DNA of 64,000 nt from an uncultured Spirochaetota bacterium. GTDB taxonomy: Bacteria; Spirochaetota; Brevinematia; Brevinematales; JAOACQ01. The stretch lies in NCBI GenBank assembly GCA_963768055.1, contig CAVYGN010000001.1:608001-672000 (forward strand), in the 5' to 3' direction. The notes under the pieces were generated by a model, which did no database searches, was not told where the DNA came from, and was given only the letters and a program-made list of their open reading frames with translations. Shown piece by piece: positions 20,930-31,168 of this stretch (its first letter is position 1; every line of letters starts with the position of its first letter). Position numbers and translations under genes: made by a program.

Positions 20930-22270
20930 TTAGAAAACGAACTTTGTTAGTACATCAAACCATTTTTTTAAATGATCAAATGAATATGATACAATAGTAT
21001 CAGCAATTTTATAATTATTTTCTAAATCAATTAATATTTCAGATTTATCCGATTTCCTACAAAATTCATATTCATTGTTTTTATTGTTTAAATAATGTCT
21101 TCTACTTTTATCTAAGGCTTCTGATGTTGGATATAATTTATTGTTTTTAACACTGGTTTTAGTTAAACCAAATAAGCTAAAACTTTTATCAACAGGGTCA
21201 TTTATTATTTCTTTGCAAATTGAACAATTACATACATTTTTAAAATAATCTTCTGGCTTTTTATTCCATTTTTTTTCCAATAAAATATCCTCAGCATCTG
21301 GATGGTAATCAACTCTTTTATGAAAATTTGGGAAGTAATATTTTGCGGTTGGAACACCACCGCCAACAGGTATAACAGGTCTACTTTCACCATATTCAAT
21401 ACCATGGCCTACACCTGCTAAAAGTTTATATCCATTACTTGATAGAATTATAGATAAATAACTTCCATGCAATAATATTATTGGCTTTTTACATTCAGTC
21501 ATAGAATTTAAAAAATCAATGTATTTTATTAAATAGCTATTTGTTATAGTTTCTGATGATTCTTCTAAACTATCGATCCACAAAATAATGCCATCTGCAT
21601 TGCAATCTTTGTAGCCATTTTTTATTTTTTCAACAAACTTTTCATTAATTATTATATCTTTATGGATGACTAATTCTGCAAAAATCGGATTATCTTTATT
21701 TATTTCTTTTGCATACTTTATAAAAGTTATGTTTTGGTTTATTTCATTATCTAAATAATCAGGTTCTAATAAAAAGTAAGGTGGTATTAAAAAGGAAGGC
21801 TTTAGCTTTTCACCACTATAATCAAGGAAATCTTTATAAGTTGACTCTTGTACGGCATCATTCAATATATTTAATTCAAAGTTTAAAACATTTTTACAAA
21901 TTTCATAACTTATATTATTATTGAAATCATCTAGTATAATAGGCATTTTACCTGCTTTTTCTTTAATAATAGAACCGTATATTACAGCTAATTTTTCAAT
22001 TGATTTTTTTAATACCCATTTATCATTTTTATCTTTATAACTAATATGTCTAACATTTTGAGTAAAAGCATAGGTTTGAGGATCAATAAAGTAATCTTTT
22101 TTGGTTAATTGAGAAACAAAAGATGCGATACCGGCAGGAGCATGAGCTATAATATTACTATTAAATCCAATTAAATCAAAACAATTTTTGTAATCACCTA
22201 AGAAATATGGGTTCTCTTTGAAAGTGCCATAGAGCATAACATGGAGACAATCTCCATTTTTTATTTCCAT
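20930..22270 (-). CDS. Uncharacterised TIM-barrel-like protein (beta-protein/TGT-like) with CxCxxC..H
   Basis: YFIDPQT, LIPPYF, GIILWID, GVGHG.EYGE, CNCSIC, RRHYL; fold assignment is inference. Confidence 0.5.
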   Translation of the reverse strand: MEIKNGDCLHVMLYGTFKENPYFLGDYKNCFDLIGFNSNIIAHAPAGIASFVSQLTKKDYFIDPQTYAFTQNVRHISYKDKNDKWVLKKSIEKLAVIYGSIIKEKAGKMPIILDDFNNNISYEICKNVLNFELNILNDAVQESTYKDFLDYSGEKLKPSFLIPPYFLLEPDYLDNEINQNITFIKYAKEINKDNPIFAELVIHKDIIINEKFVEKIKNGYKDCNADGIILWIDSLEESSETITNSYLIKYIDFLNSMTECKKPIILLHGSYLSIILSSNGYKLLAGVGHGIEYGESRPVIPVGGGVPTAKYYFPNFHKRVDYHPDAEDILLEKKWNKKPEDYFKNVCNCSICKEIINDPVDKSFSLFGLTKTSVKNNKLYPTSEALDKSRRHYLNNKNNEYEFCRKSDKSEILIDLENNYKIADTIVSYSFDHLKKWFDVLTKFVF

Positions 22271-22677
22271 TACTTTACTCCTAATAGATACGTTTTTAAA
22301 TATTCATTATTAGGCAACCATTTGAATTGATTTTTTTTTGGCTCTAAATACTTTTTGATAATTTCAGCTTTTCGGTCATAACAAAATACTCCAATTCCAT
22401 AAGAATTAGCTTCCTTAATAACATTATCGATATTATCAATTAAGGGGATAAAAATATAACCAAAATCGAAAGCATTAATATTCGATTTAACTTGATAAAG
22501 TGCTCTTTTCCAATTTTTTAATTTAAATTCTATACCAATAATATTTTCTTTATCATCGAGAGCTACAAAATCGATAACACGATTAGACAAAGGAACTTGC
22601 CTCTCATATATTAAACCTATACTAATCAAAAATGGTATTGCTATTTCTTCTAAATGTTTTTCACTTTGAATAACCAT
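22270..22677 (-). CDS. Small PD-(D/E)XK nuclease-like protein
   Basis: E...IDFVA...IGIEFK...W.RA..Q; TAATG overlap with the next gene. Confidence 0.7.
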   Translation of the reverse strand: MVIQSEKHLEEIAIPFLISIGLIYERQVPLSNRVIDFVALDDKENIIGIEFKLKNWKRALYQVKSNINAFDFGYIFIPLIDNIDNVIKEANSYGIGVFCYDRKAEIIKKYLEPKKNQFKWLPNNEYLKTYLLGVK

Positions 22678-23176
22678 ATTCTCTCTCAATATCATCTATT
22701 TTATTGTTAATAATAACAGAATCTATTAAATAATAGATTAGTAAAATTGATATAATAATAATATTAATAATATTTAAAAATTCAGGAATATTAAGTTTTG
22801 TTAAGTAATAAATAATAAGTAAAACTAAAAAAACTGAGAATGTTAATATGAAAATAATTCTGAACATTTTAATTCTAAACAATGCACGATTAAGACAATA
22901 TTTCTTTTCAATTATTTTTTCGCAAATTTTATAAAAATCCATGTAATCATAATCAAAGGGTTTGAAATTACTTGATAGGTCAATATTTAGTTGTAATATT
23001 TCTGATGAACAATGATGAGTAAGAGCATTGATAAAATTTTTAAATTTTTCTACTAGAATTGAATTAAGAGAATCATAATTTCTAATAATATGTGAGCTTT
23101 TATTTCTCGAACTTATTTCTAAGATAAGACCAACAAGTGCTAATATTGATGGTAAAACCTTAATAATAATATTCAT
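22661..23176 (-). CDS. Membrane protein (3 TM)
   Basis: N-terminal TM and two C-terminal TMs; overlaps the downstream gene. Confidence 0.7.
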   Translation of the reverse strand: MNIIIKVLPSILALVGLILEISSRNKSSHIIRNYDSLNSILVEKFKNFINALTHHCSSEILQLNIDLSSNFKPFDYDYMDFYKICEKIIEKKYCLNRALFRIKMFRIIFILTFSVFLVLLIIYYLTKLNIPEFLNIINIIIISILLIYYLIDSVIINNKIDDIEREYGYSK

Positions 23177-23182
23177 AGTACC

Positions 23183-23779
23183 TTAATATTGATGATTTAA
23201 AATTTTATCTTTGATTTTTGATTTTTCCGCATAATTACCATATTTCATGTATATATATCTAATTATAGATACAAGACTAGACTCATTAATATTATTTTTG
23301 AATTTTTTTAAAACATCTTTTTGATAATTAGAAAGAATGGGAATAATTTTATCTTCAACAAATTTAATGCCTTTTGAAGTCAATGAAAATGCTTCTTCAT
23401 TCTGATCAATTAATAAATCATCTTTATCAACTTCTAAATATACACTATCAGCCCAATTTTCTAGTTCTTCTACTTCAAAATCAACCATACTGTCAGCTAA
23501 AAATGTACTCTTTATAAAACCATTATTTATAAAAAATTCAATATCGTTATAAATTTCCTTTGAAAAAGGTCCATAATGCCAAGGATAAAATTCTTGAAAA
23601 TTTTCAATTTCAACTTCTGTATTTGAAAGAAAAGATTTCTTAACCTCTTCATTAAATAAAAACATCATTTTTATTAATCTGGTTCGTCCTTTAATCGGTT
23701 CATTTATATTATTTTCAATTCCAGGTGAATATAAAAGCAATAATAGTATATGTTTTCCTGAGAATCTTATCTTATTCAT
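23183..23779 (-). CDS. Panacea (DUF4065/SocA-like) antitoxin-family protein
   Basis: GRTRLIKMMFL, FYPWHYGPFSKEIY..I, LTSKG, IIRYIY..Y. Confidence 0.75.
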   Translation of the reverse strand: MNKIRFSGKHILLLLLYSPGIENNINEPIKGRTRLIKMMFLFNEEVKKSFLSNTEVEIENFQEFYPWHYGPFSKEIYNDIEFFINNGFIKSTFLADSMVDFEVEELENWADSVYLEVDKDDLLIDQNEEAFSLTSKGIKFVEDKIIPILSNYQKDVLKKFKNNINESSLVSIIRYIYMKYGNYAEKSKIKDKILNHQY

Positions 23780-23807
23780 TCCCCCCTCCAATTATTTTAA
23801 TATATTC

Positions 23808-23836
23808 ATTATACCACTCTACCCTTCACTTGTCCA
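23808..23836 (-). promoter_or_regulatory. Sigma70-like promoter of the Panacea operon
   Basis: Minus strand TGGACA-N17-TATAAT. Confidence 0.65.
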
Positions 23837-23903
23837 TCTCTTTTTCGTATCCCTCCTTCCAACTCGGTATCATCCTCCAAACAAAATTATGGAGGATATC
23901 TAT

Positions 23904-25106
23904 ATGCTCTATCAAATTAACAGCATACCAAACAACAACAAGAAACTGCTTGACCAGTTCTGTATTGAGAATTTCGTTCTACTACGGCATAAGGGCATAG
24001 TAAAAGTATTATTTATCGATGTTGTTGAAGACCTCAATAATTCAATAATCATTGACACTATTGAAGAGATTGGGGGCAAATGTCTAAGCCACATTGCAAT
24101 GCCAATAAACATTTCGAGGGGGCTGTATTCCACAATCATTAAATGGAAGCCCCGATTAATTCATCATCCGAACAAGCCATATTTCTCATACTTGGCATAT
24201 AACCGGTCAAGATATGGCACCGCGGCGATTTATTTTCCCAATTCAAACACCCTTTACACAGCCAATCTGATTGAAAGTGAGGAGGGCAAAGACCTGCTCA
24301 AAAGAATCATTGAGCATATGCCTGACAGGAAGTTGGAGGATATCAATGTCCAAATAGGGGTTAATGTTGAATTCGATTGCTTAGGGGTCAAAGGCAAAGT
24401 TATCTATCCCTATGATTCGCTTCAAGAGCATCTGAAAGAAATTCCTGTCCACGATAAAGATGATTATGATGAGTTCCTGGGAGCCAAATTTATGGATTAC
24501 CCCTATACGGCAAATTATCTTGAAATCGGGCTTGATAATAATTTTGAACACCTGGTTTTCAGACCCGAGCATTCGGATAGTGTGGATACCTTGATTGAGC
24601 GATTGAGGAAGTTGATCCTTTTCTGCCGGGATATTCTTCATTGCGGGCTGGCAATAAATGAAGCCTATTCTATCCATATACAGTTTCACCTGGGCTTTCA
24701 ATATGAGCCGGATGATGAACTGCTTAATCTGCTCGATTATTTCATTGGAAAAGGGGTCAGCAAGGCATTAGGTGAATCATCTTATGATTATACAGGTTAT
24801 GGCTTTGAAATAATAATCCCTTCAACTCTGATTGATATTAAGCCTGAATATCTCAAGCTCTTTCTCAAGTCCGCCAAACATATCGTTCAAAACTATCTCA
24901 ATGCAAAAGCCTTCGCTGTCAATGAATATCGGACCAATGAGCCAACAAAAGCTGAATACTTCCAGTATTGTGGCATTTCTGAGGAAGATTGGGAACTTAT
25001 GAATAAATTCAGTGAAATGGAAGTTCCAAAGGGCAATATCATTGAAAACTGGATTCCTAAAGAATCTGATAAAAAGGAGGTTAAGAAAAATGAAAAGGAG
25101 GAATAA
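23904..25106 (+). CDS. Divergent phage COOH-NH2 ligase type 2 (amidoligase)-like protein
   Basis: IGVNVEF, IGLD..FRP, HIQFHLG, LLDYFIG, YGFE follow the order of the IGADPEF, ELRP, GHIHFG, LD, GFEYR motifs. Confidence 0.5.
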   Translation: MLYQINSIPNNNKKLLDQFCIENFVLLRHKGIVKVLFIDVVEDLNNSIIIDTIEEIGGKCLSHIAMPINISRGLYSTIIKWKPRLIHHPNKPYFSYLAYNRSRYGTAAIYFPNSNTLYTANLIESEEGKDLLKRIIEHMPDRKLEDINVQIGVNVEFDCLGVKGKVIYPYDSLQEHLKEIPVHDKDDYDEFLGAKFMDYPYTANYLEIGLDNNFEHLVFRPEHSDSVDTLIERLRKLILFCRDILHCGLAINEAYSIHIQFHLGFQYEPDDELLNLLDYFIGKGVSKALGESSYDYTGYGFEIIIPSTLIDIKPEYLKLFLKSAKHIVQNYLNAKAFAVNEYRTNEPTKAEYFQYCGISEEDWELMNKFSEMEVPKGNIIENWIPKESDKKEVKKNEKEE

Positions 25107-25110
25107 GCCA

Positions 25111-25497
25111 ATGAGCAAAATGACTATCCAGACAATCTATGAGGCACTGGATCTACTGCTGAAAAATGAAGGAGGCATTGAAAGTTTTATGGCAAGTGAA
25201 AAGCGGATTATCGGCTTTGACAATGGTACGGATACAAAGCTTACCATTAAAAAAATCAGCAATACTGAGCTTTCACTTTTACAAGGAGGAAACGGTAAAA
25301 TTCTGGAAATGACTGTAAAACTCTATCCAGGGGTGCATATGGTGGAAGTATTGAGCTTTATGGAAAAAATAAACCGTGATGCACCTACAAACTTTTCTCA
25401 TTTTCAGATCCATTGCCAGCTGAATGACTTTTTGTCTCTGTGGCTGAAAGAGCTTAAGCAAGAAGGATATTTTAAAGAAGAAGGAGGTTCGATATGA
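25111..25497 (+). CDS. DUF1249/DUF6908-like protein
   Basis: EM.V.....MVEVLSF, QLNDFLSLWLKELKQEGY. Confidence 0.55.
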   Translation: MSKMTIQTIYEALDLLLKNEGGIESFMASEKRIIGFDNGTDTKLTIKKISNTELSLLQGGNGKILEMTVKLYPGVHMVEVLSFMEKINRDAPTNFSHFQIHCQLNDFLSLWLKELKQEGYFKEEGGSI

Positions 25498-27136
25498 ACA
25501 AGGCATTACAAACAATTATCACCAATGGACAGACGCAAGTCAACAAGACAATGGAGGGCATATTTCAAGAATTTAAGTTGAGGCAGGACATTTTAGCCAA
25601 GTCAGACAAGATTGCCTTCTCATTTGGAGATGAAAACAAGCTGAAGCTTTATGTCGCCGGCAGAAAACTTTCCCTTACTGATTGGAGTCTCGGGCAGATG
25701 CTCAATAAGGCAAGTTTACCGGCTAATTATTATGCTTCAATGCTCAAAGCGAATCAAAACCAGCTTGCTTTAACAAATCTAAGGGTAATGATACACACCC
25801 TGCAGGATTCAATTCTCATAAGGGAAGTGGGAGACACAGCTAAAGGGATTCTGAGCGCCCAATACAAAAGGATGGATGCCTCACCTATGTTTGAAACATT
25901 CATTGAGGCTATGCTGAAAAACGGCTATTTTCCTTATAAGGCATTCAATACTGATTCTCAATATCAGGTCAGATTTCTTTCACCTGACATCATAAGGATC
26001 GGCAGTGATGAAATTCTCATAGGCTTTTCAATTTCAACATCAGATTATGGAGCAAGAAGTTTTGCTATAGAAGTCTTTGTAATTCGCCTTATCTGCCAGA
26101 ACGGGCTCATAGGGATGGATATCATGCGGAGAAAGCACATAGGCAGGAGGGCAGAGCTTGATGATGAGGATTATTCAATTTACAGCAACCGGACTTTGTT
26201 GCTTGAAAACAAGTCCTTCCAGTCCAAGATCAAAGACATCATCCGGAATGATAATACCGTGAAGCTCATAAGCGACAAAATCAAAGATTCTCAGAACCGG
26301 GAAATAAGGGACACCAAAACCTTTCTTGAATCGATAAAGGAGCTTACAAAAGATCAAAAAGTAAAAGTTGAGGTGCTTTTCGATACGGATACGGTAATGA
26401 GGTATATAGTTTGTTGTTAGGATATATTGAGGGAGGATTATATGTTGTAGGATTAATTTTCATAAGGGAGGTGGGAGACATAGCTAAAGGGATTTAAGTG
26501 CTTAATACGAAAGGATGGATGTAGACCAGGGAAAGTTTTTGTGAGGAGATGCTGAGGAAGGTTATTTCCTTAAGGGAATTAAGTCAGATATTAATTTCAG
26601 ATCAGATTTTAAAATAAGATATAAATAGATAGGTAGAGAAGAAATTCTATAGGTTTTTCAATTAGAACATCAGATTATGGAGCAGAGTTTTGCTATAGAA
26701 GTTTTGTAAGTTAATCTGCAGAATGGGCTATGGGGATGGATATATGAGGAGAAAACGCATAGGGAGGAGGGCAGAGCTTGATGATGAGGATTATTCAATA
26801 TATAGAGATAAAACACTTGCTTGAAAACAAGTCCTTCCAGTCCAAGATCAAAGACATCATCGGAATGATAATACTGTGAAGCTCATAAGCGACAAAATCA
26901 AAGATTCTCAGAACGGGAAATAAGGGACACAAAACCTTTCTTGAATCGATAAAGGAACTAAAAAGATAAAAAGTAAAAGTTGAGGGCTTTCGATAGGATA
27001 TGACACTAAGCTTCTCCCATCTGGAAAATCGATCTGGAGAATGGCTAATGTCATCAGCCTTCTTTCAAAATCTGAAAAGAATCAGGACAAAGCCATTAAT
27101 CTTGAAAGTCTTGCCATGGATCTTATTCAAAGATAA
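25494..27136 (+). CDS. DUF932 phage/plasmid protein; native C-terminus separated by a degenerate tandem copy
   Basis: SDYG..S, RLICQNG, RRKH; C-terminus DTKLLPSGKSIWRMANVIS...IQR* at 27002-27136. Confidence 0.75.
26440..27001 (+). repeat. Degenerate, C-depleted tandem copy of about 25795-26392
   Basis: Colinear blocks such as ggagggcagagcttgatgatgaggattattcaat, with many C deletions and C>T changes. Confidence 0.9.
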
Positions 27137-27184
27137 TTCAAAAGAAAAATATCAAGACACATTCCATAAAAGGAGGTAATATTT

Positions 27185-27961
27185 ATGGACGAACAAACAA
27201 AGAGTATTTTGAAAGGCGCTCAAGTGGCAGTCACAGAAAAGGTTATTCTGGATTATCTTAAAGCATCCAACCTTTATCTCACAGACCAGCAGAAGAAAAT
27301 GTTCATTCAAGTTGCAGTGTTGAACAGTTTGAACCCTTTTTTTCGTGAAATTTACCCGATAACCTATGGCAATTCTTTTAAATTGGTTACTGGGTATACC
27401 GTTTACATCAAGCGAGCAGAAGCATCCGGGAAGCTTGATGGCTGGAAAGTTGAATCGGATGGCGAAACGGCGACAATCACTATTTACAGGAAAGACTTTC
27501 AGCACCCCATCGAATGGTCAATCAAAAGGGCAGACTTCGACAAGGGCACAGGAAACTGGAAATCGATGCAGGATTTTATGCTTCGCAAGGTCTGCATAGC
27601 TCAAGGCTTTCGACTTGCCTTCCCCAATGAAATTTCCACCCTTCCGTTTCTTGCTGAGGAACTGGTGGAAAATGAAGGTACAGGAACAGGTGTAGTGAAA
27701 TCAAATCCGACTAAATCCGAAGAAAAAACCCCTGGTAAACGAACCGCTAAAACTAAAGAGGAAATTAATCATGAAACTGAAGCTAAGAACCTCAAACACC
27801 TTTACGACCAAGTTCTTGAACTCTGCGGAAACAATAAAGGATATGTCAACGACCTTGTGATGCAGGAAGGTTTAGGGAACTTCATGCAACTCACATTGCC
27901 CCAGGCATTCAAGATTCTGAATTACCTGAGAGAACAGAAAAAAGAGGAGGTACCTGTATGA
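27185..27961 (+). CDS. RecT/Bet-family single-strand annealing protein
   Basis: LNPFFREIY, GY..YIKRAE..G, W..M..FMLRKV..AQ.FR.AFP. Confidence 0.85.
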   Translation: MDEQTKSILKGAQVAVTEKVILDYLKASNLYLTDQQKKMFIQVAVLNSLNPFFREIYPITYGNSFKLVTGYTVYIKRAEASGKLDGWKVESDGETATITIYRKDFQHPIEWSIKRADFDKGTGNWKSMQDFMLRKVCIAQGFRLAFPNEISTLPFLAEELVENEGTGTGVVKSNPTKSEEKTPGKRTAKTKEEINHETEAKNLKHLYDQVLELCGNNKGYVNDLVMQEGLGNFMQLTLPQAFKILNYLREQKKEEVPV

Positions 27962-28452
27962 ACTTAACGCTTTATAACGAAATTGAGCTGGACAACTGGT
28001 TGACCAGGAACTGGGACAAAGAGGATCTGACAGATGAGGACAGAAATAATTTAGTAAAGGAACTGATTGTTCGGCAGACAGCTTCCATTGATAAGGTCAA
28101 CAACATGTTGAAATTCCTCACCCATACCGAAGGCTTCGCCGAAACTTGCAAGAAGGAAATAGCCCGAATTGAACAAAGGAAATCGTCTGCAGAAAATCTC
28201 ATTTCCAGAATCAAAAACGGGCTCAAGGATTACATGATTCTTAAAAAGCTGGATAAACTCGCTGCCGGGACATATAAAGTCAGCTTAAGGTCTTCAGATA
28301 GTGTTGAAATCACCAACGAAAGCCTTATCCCTTCCAAATACAAAACAGTCGAGATCAAGGTCAGCAAGTCAAACATCAAGGATGATATGAAAAAGGGAAA
28401 CAAGATACCTGGGGCTCAACTGAAAAAGAGCAACTTCATTCAAATAAGGTAA
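27958..28452 (+). CDS. Siphovirus Gp157 family protein
   Basis: EIARI..RK, S.SVEI..E..IP, K..IK..G..IPGA.L...IQIR. Confidence 0.85.
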   Translation: MNLTLYNEIELDNWLTRNWDKEDLTDEDRNNLVKELIVRQTASIDKVNNMLKFLTHTEGFAETCKKEIARIEQRKSSAENLISRIKNGLKDYMILKKLDKLAAGTYKVSLRSSDSVEITNESLIPSKYKTVEIKVSKSNIKDDMKKGNKIPGAQLKKSNFIQIR

Positions 28453-28466
28453 GGAGGGATAAAAAT

Positions 28467-28601
28467 ATGACTAAAGAAAAAATAGCAGAAGAACCAAAGA
28501 ATGGGGAGAACTTGATAGTGGAAGTGATAAAGAGTATCGGTATCAGTGCGGTTGTCGCCGTCATATCAGTCTTGCTGAAGAGATCTTGGAGGGTATCATG
28601 A
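28467..28601 (+). CDS. Small single-TM peptide (44 aa), not in the ORF track
   Basis: RBS aggaggg; ATGA overlap with the next ORF. Confidence 0.55.
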   Translation: MTKEKIAEEPKNGENLIVEVIKSIGISAVVAVISVLLKRSWRVS

Positions 28602-28780
28602 GCTTTGATGTAATCACCGATATCGGGCAGACAGTCCTTGAAGGGCTTCAACAGGCGAGTGATATGGTAATTTCGAATCTAAAGACGCCGATTCCCTATA
28701 TAAGTGGAGCAATAGGCATATTGGCAGGAATTATAATCGCTGGTTTATCTGGAAAGAACACCCAAGAGCCGATGGACTGA
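28598..28780 (+). CDS. Small single-TM protein
   Basis: RBS ggaggg; hydrophobic ISGAIGILAGIIIAGL. Confidence 0.55.
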   Translation: MSFDVITDIGQTVLEGLQQASDMVISNLKTPIPYISGAIGILAGIIIAGLSGKNTQEPMD

Positions 28781-28794
28781 CCATTCTCAATGTA

Positions 28795-28817
28795 GGGGGG
28801 AAAGCCCCCCTTTTTTT
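28795..28817 (+). terminator. Intrinsic terminator
   Basis: gggggg-aaag-cccccc followed by T7. Confidence 0.85.
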
Positions 28818-29130
28818 ATGTTTTATAAAACAACTATCAAAGCAAGCCTTATCAACAATTATTCCTATAATGTAAAAATAATGGTACAAAATATACTCTT
28901 AATCCCTTGTAAATACAGGGCGATACAAAACTAATGTAAAAATGTAGCTTACAGGGGATAAGTACCCCAATAAATATAAAATTATTGAAATTTAATTTAA
29001 AAACAAAATATTCAGTTAAGGGAAAATTTTACCTGTATTACCTAAATTTTTTACATTCCAGTTGAGCGTCAGATTGCCAACCTGTGGTAAAACTCAATAT
29101 TTTAGGGAAGGGATTTATTTAGACTCAAAA

Positions 29131-30618
29131 TCAATACTTTATTTCAACTGTTTTTAATTTTTGGAGATCATGTTGTTTTCTGTATTGAGTATAATTTTCT
29201 AATGCCACTTTAGGACTATTACCAGCTAATAGTGTGTATAATTCAATAGGTATTCCGCTTCTTGATAACAGCATTTCAGATGTTTTCCTAAATTCCCTCA
29301 AATTATATTCTGGATTCAATTTCAATTTTTCCCTGACATCCCTGAATTTCTTTGAATAATATTCACAAGAATTATCTTGCATATATTTAATCAAGTCTTG
29401 TCTTGAAATATCAACTGGTAAACCATCTTTCATAGCTCCCTTAAATATATATCCTTCAATATGATTACTCTCAATATAACCCAATAACAAAGGTTTATAT
29501 TCATCTAAAATCGGTATGGTTTTATGGTCTTTACCTGCCCTGGCTGTTTTAGAAATGGTAATATTGATTATTGACTCAGAATAAATTATGTCTTGCTTTC
29601 TAAGGTATAAAGCCTCGGAAGGTCTTGAAAGAGTATAAAATAGCGTCATAATATACAGATAAAAATCAGGGTCTTTTTCTCTAATATAATTTTTTATTGT
29701 TTCAAAATCTTCTTCTGCTATATAAGTATCTTTCACAGTATTCTTGGGAACTGGAATATCTAAAACTTCCAATTTATTCCTATCAAACAAGCCGTTCTTA
29801 ATCAGAAAGTTGAGAAATGCTTTTAATTGAGTAAGAAATTTATTCCGGGAATTAACTTCATACTTTGAAAGGAATTTAATGTAATTGTTGATAAAAGTCT
29901 GGTCAATATTGTTGATTGAAAATATTTTCATTTTATCAATCACATGATTACATACATTTCTTTTTATCCCGAGAGATGTTTTTGCCTTGCCTAATGCTTT
30001 TTCTTTTTCTAACCACATATCAAATAAATGTGGCATAGAAGTTCTTTTTGGATCTGTTTCTTCTCTTTTTGTTGGGATTGATATAGCACCGGTATTTTTA
30101 GGCACTCGAGAGAGCTCTTTCTTATCATTGTTTATGCCCAGGAATTTCTCATCAAACATTTTAGCTTCAAGCTTTTTATTATAATCAATAGCCTTTTGAT
30201 TAGCTTCGATATAGTTCTTTGTGTGTAATGAAAATTCAATATTATTACCGTCTATCATCCGTTTATAATAATAAACGCCGTTAGATTTTTTTACTATATT
30301 GGAAATATTTTTCGATTCATTGTCGTGCAATTGCATAAAAAACTTGCCGACTTTGTTTTTTAAAACTGATTGAAGCTGTTCTTTACTTATTGATTCATCG
30401 ATAAAGGGTTTGTTCAATTCAGAATAATCATCTAAAAACTTAAATAATTTCCGCTGGTTTTTTGATTCTGGGTCAGCAATACTTCTTAGTATAAGGTTTT
30501 TATTGTCAGCAAAAGTTATCGGGTCATCATATGAACCTTGAATTTCATCGGAAATTGAGTCATATTCTGAAAGGATAATTTTCAGGAGTTTAATTTTTTC
30601 TTCTGGAGATAAAGCCAT
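29131..30618 (-). CDS. Tyrosine recombinase / phage-type integrase
   Basis: Arm-binding-like VYYY...FSL.T; YTLSRPSEAL.L; K; LREFRKT; LLAGNS; NYT; adjacent to a tRNA 3' end. Confidence 0.88.
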   Translation of the reverse strand: MALSPEEKIKLLKIILSEYDSISDEIQGSYDDPITFADNKNLILRSIADPESKNQRKLFKFLDDYSELNKPFIDESISKEQLQSVLKNKVGKFFMQLHDNESKNISNIVKKSNGVYYYKRMIDGNNIEFSLHTKNYIEANQKAIDYNKKLEAKMFDEKFLGINNDKKELSRVPKNTGAISIPTKREETDPKRTSMPHLFDMWLEKEKALGKAKTSLGIKRNVCNHVIDKMKIFSINNIDQTFINNYIKFLSKYEVNSRNKFLTQLKAFLNFLIKNGLFDRNKLEVLDIPVPKNTVKDTYIAEEDFETIKNYIREKDPDFYLYIMTLFYTLSRPSEALYLRKQDIIYSESIINITISKTARAGKDHKTIPILDEYKPLLLGYIESNHIEGYIFKGAMKDGLPVDISRQDLIKYMQDNSCEYYSKKFRDVREKLKLNPEYNLREFRKTSEMLLSRSGIPIELYTLLAGNSPKVALENYTQYRKQHDLQKLKTVEIKY

Positions 30619-30768
30619 ATTTAGCACCTCAATGATTAATTGTAGCATAGAAAACACCCCCAAAGCAATAAATGAACTTTGTAGCTAATTTAGTGATAGG
30701 CTCCCGTTTAGGGAACCTGTCGAGGTGTAAGTACTTTAATTGCAATGAAATGGGGTATGAGAAGGATT

Positions 30769-30855
<87 letters not shown>

Positions 30856-31168
30856 AATATAGAATTATGAGATTTATTATTGAAATTTGAGGTGGTATAA
30901 AAATGGTATAAACACTTTTGCCCCCCCAAACATTACCAAACCTTCAATATTATTATATTTTAATTTTGATAGAAGTTCAATTTTAAAGTAGTTATCCTGC
31001 TCTATAAATAAGACACACCTGTTAAGGAACTTATCAGGAGACAAAAAGGCGTTGACTATGTTGCCCGCCAGCCGGGTGATTCTATAGAAATTGTGATGAA
31101 ACACTATGTGAATAATACTATTGAGAATTTCAGGCAGTACAGCGAGTCTTTAAAGATATAAGCTATCT

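Noticed and set aside
25795..27001. DGR template/variable repeat pair
   Set aside because: Differences are C-biased with many indels rather than A-specific substitutions, and I see no reverse transcriptase in the window
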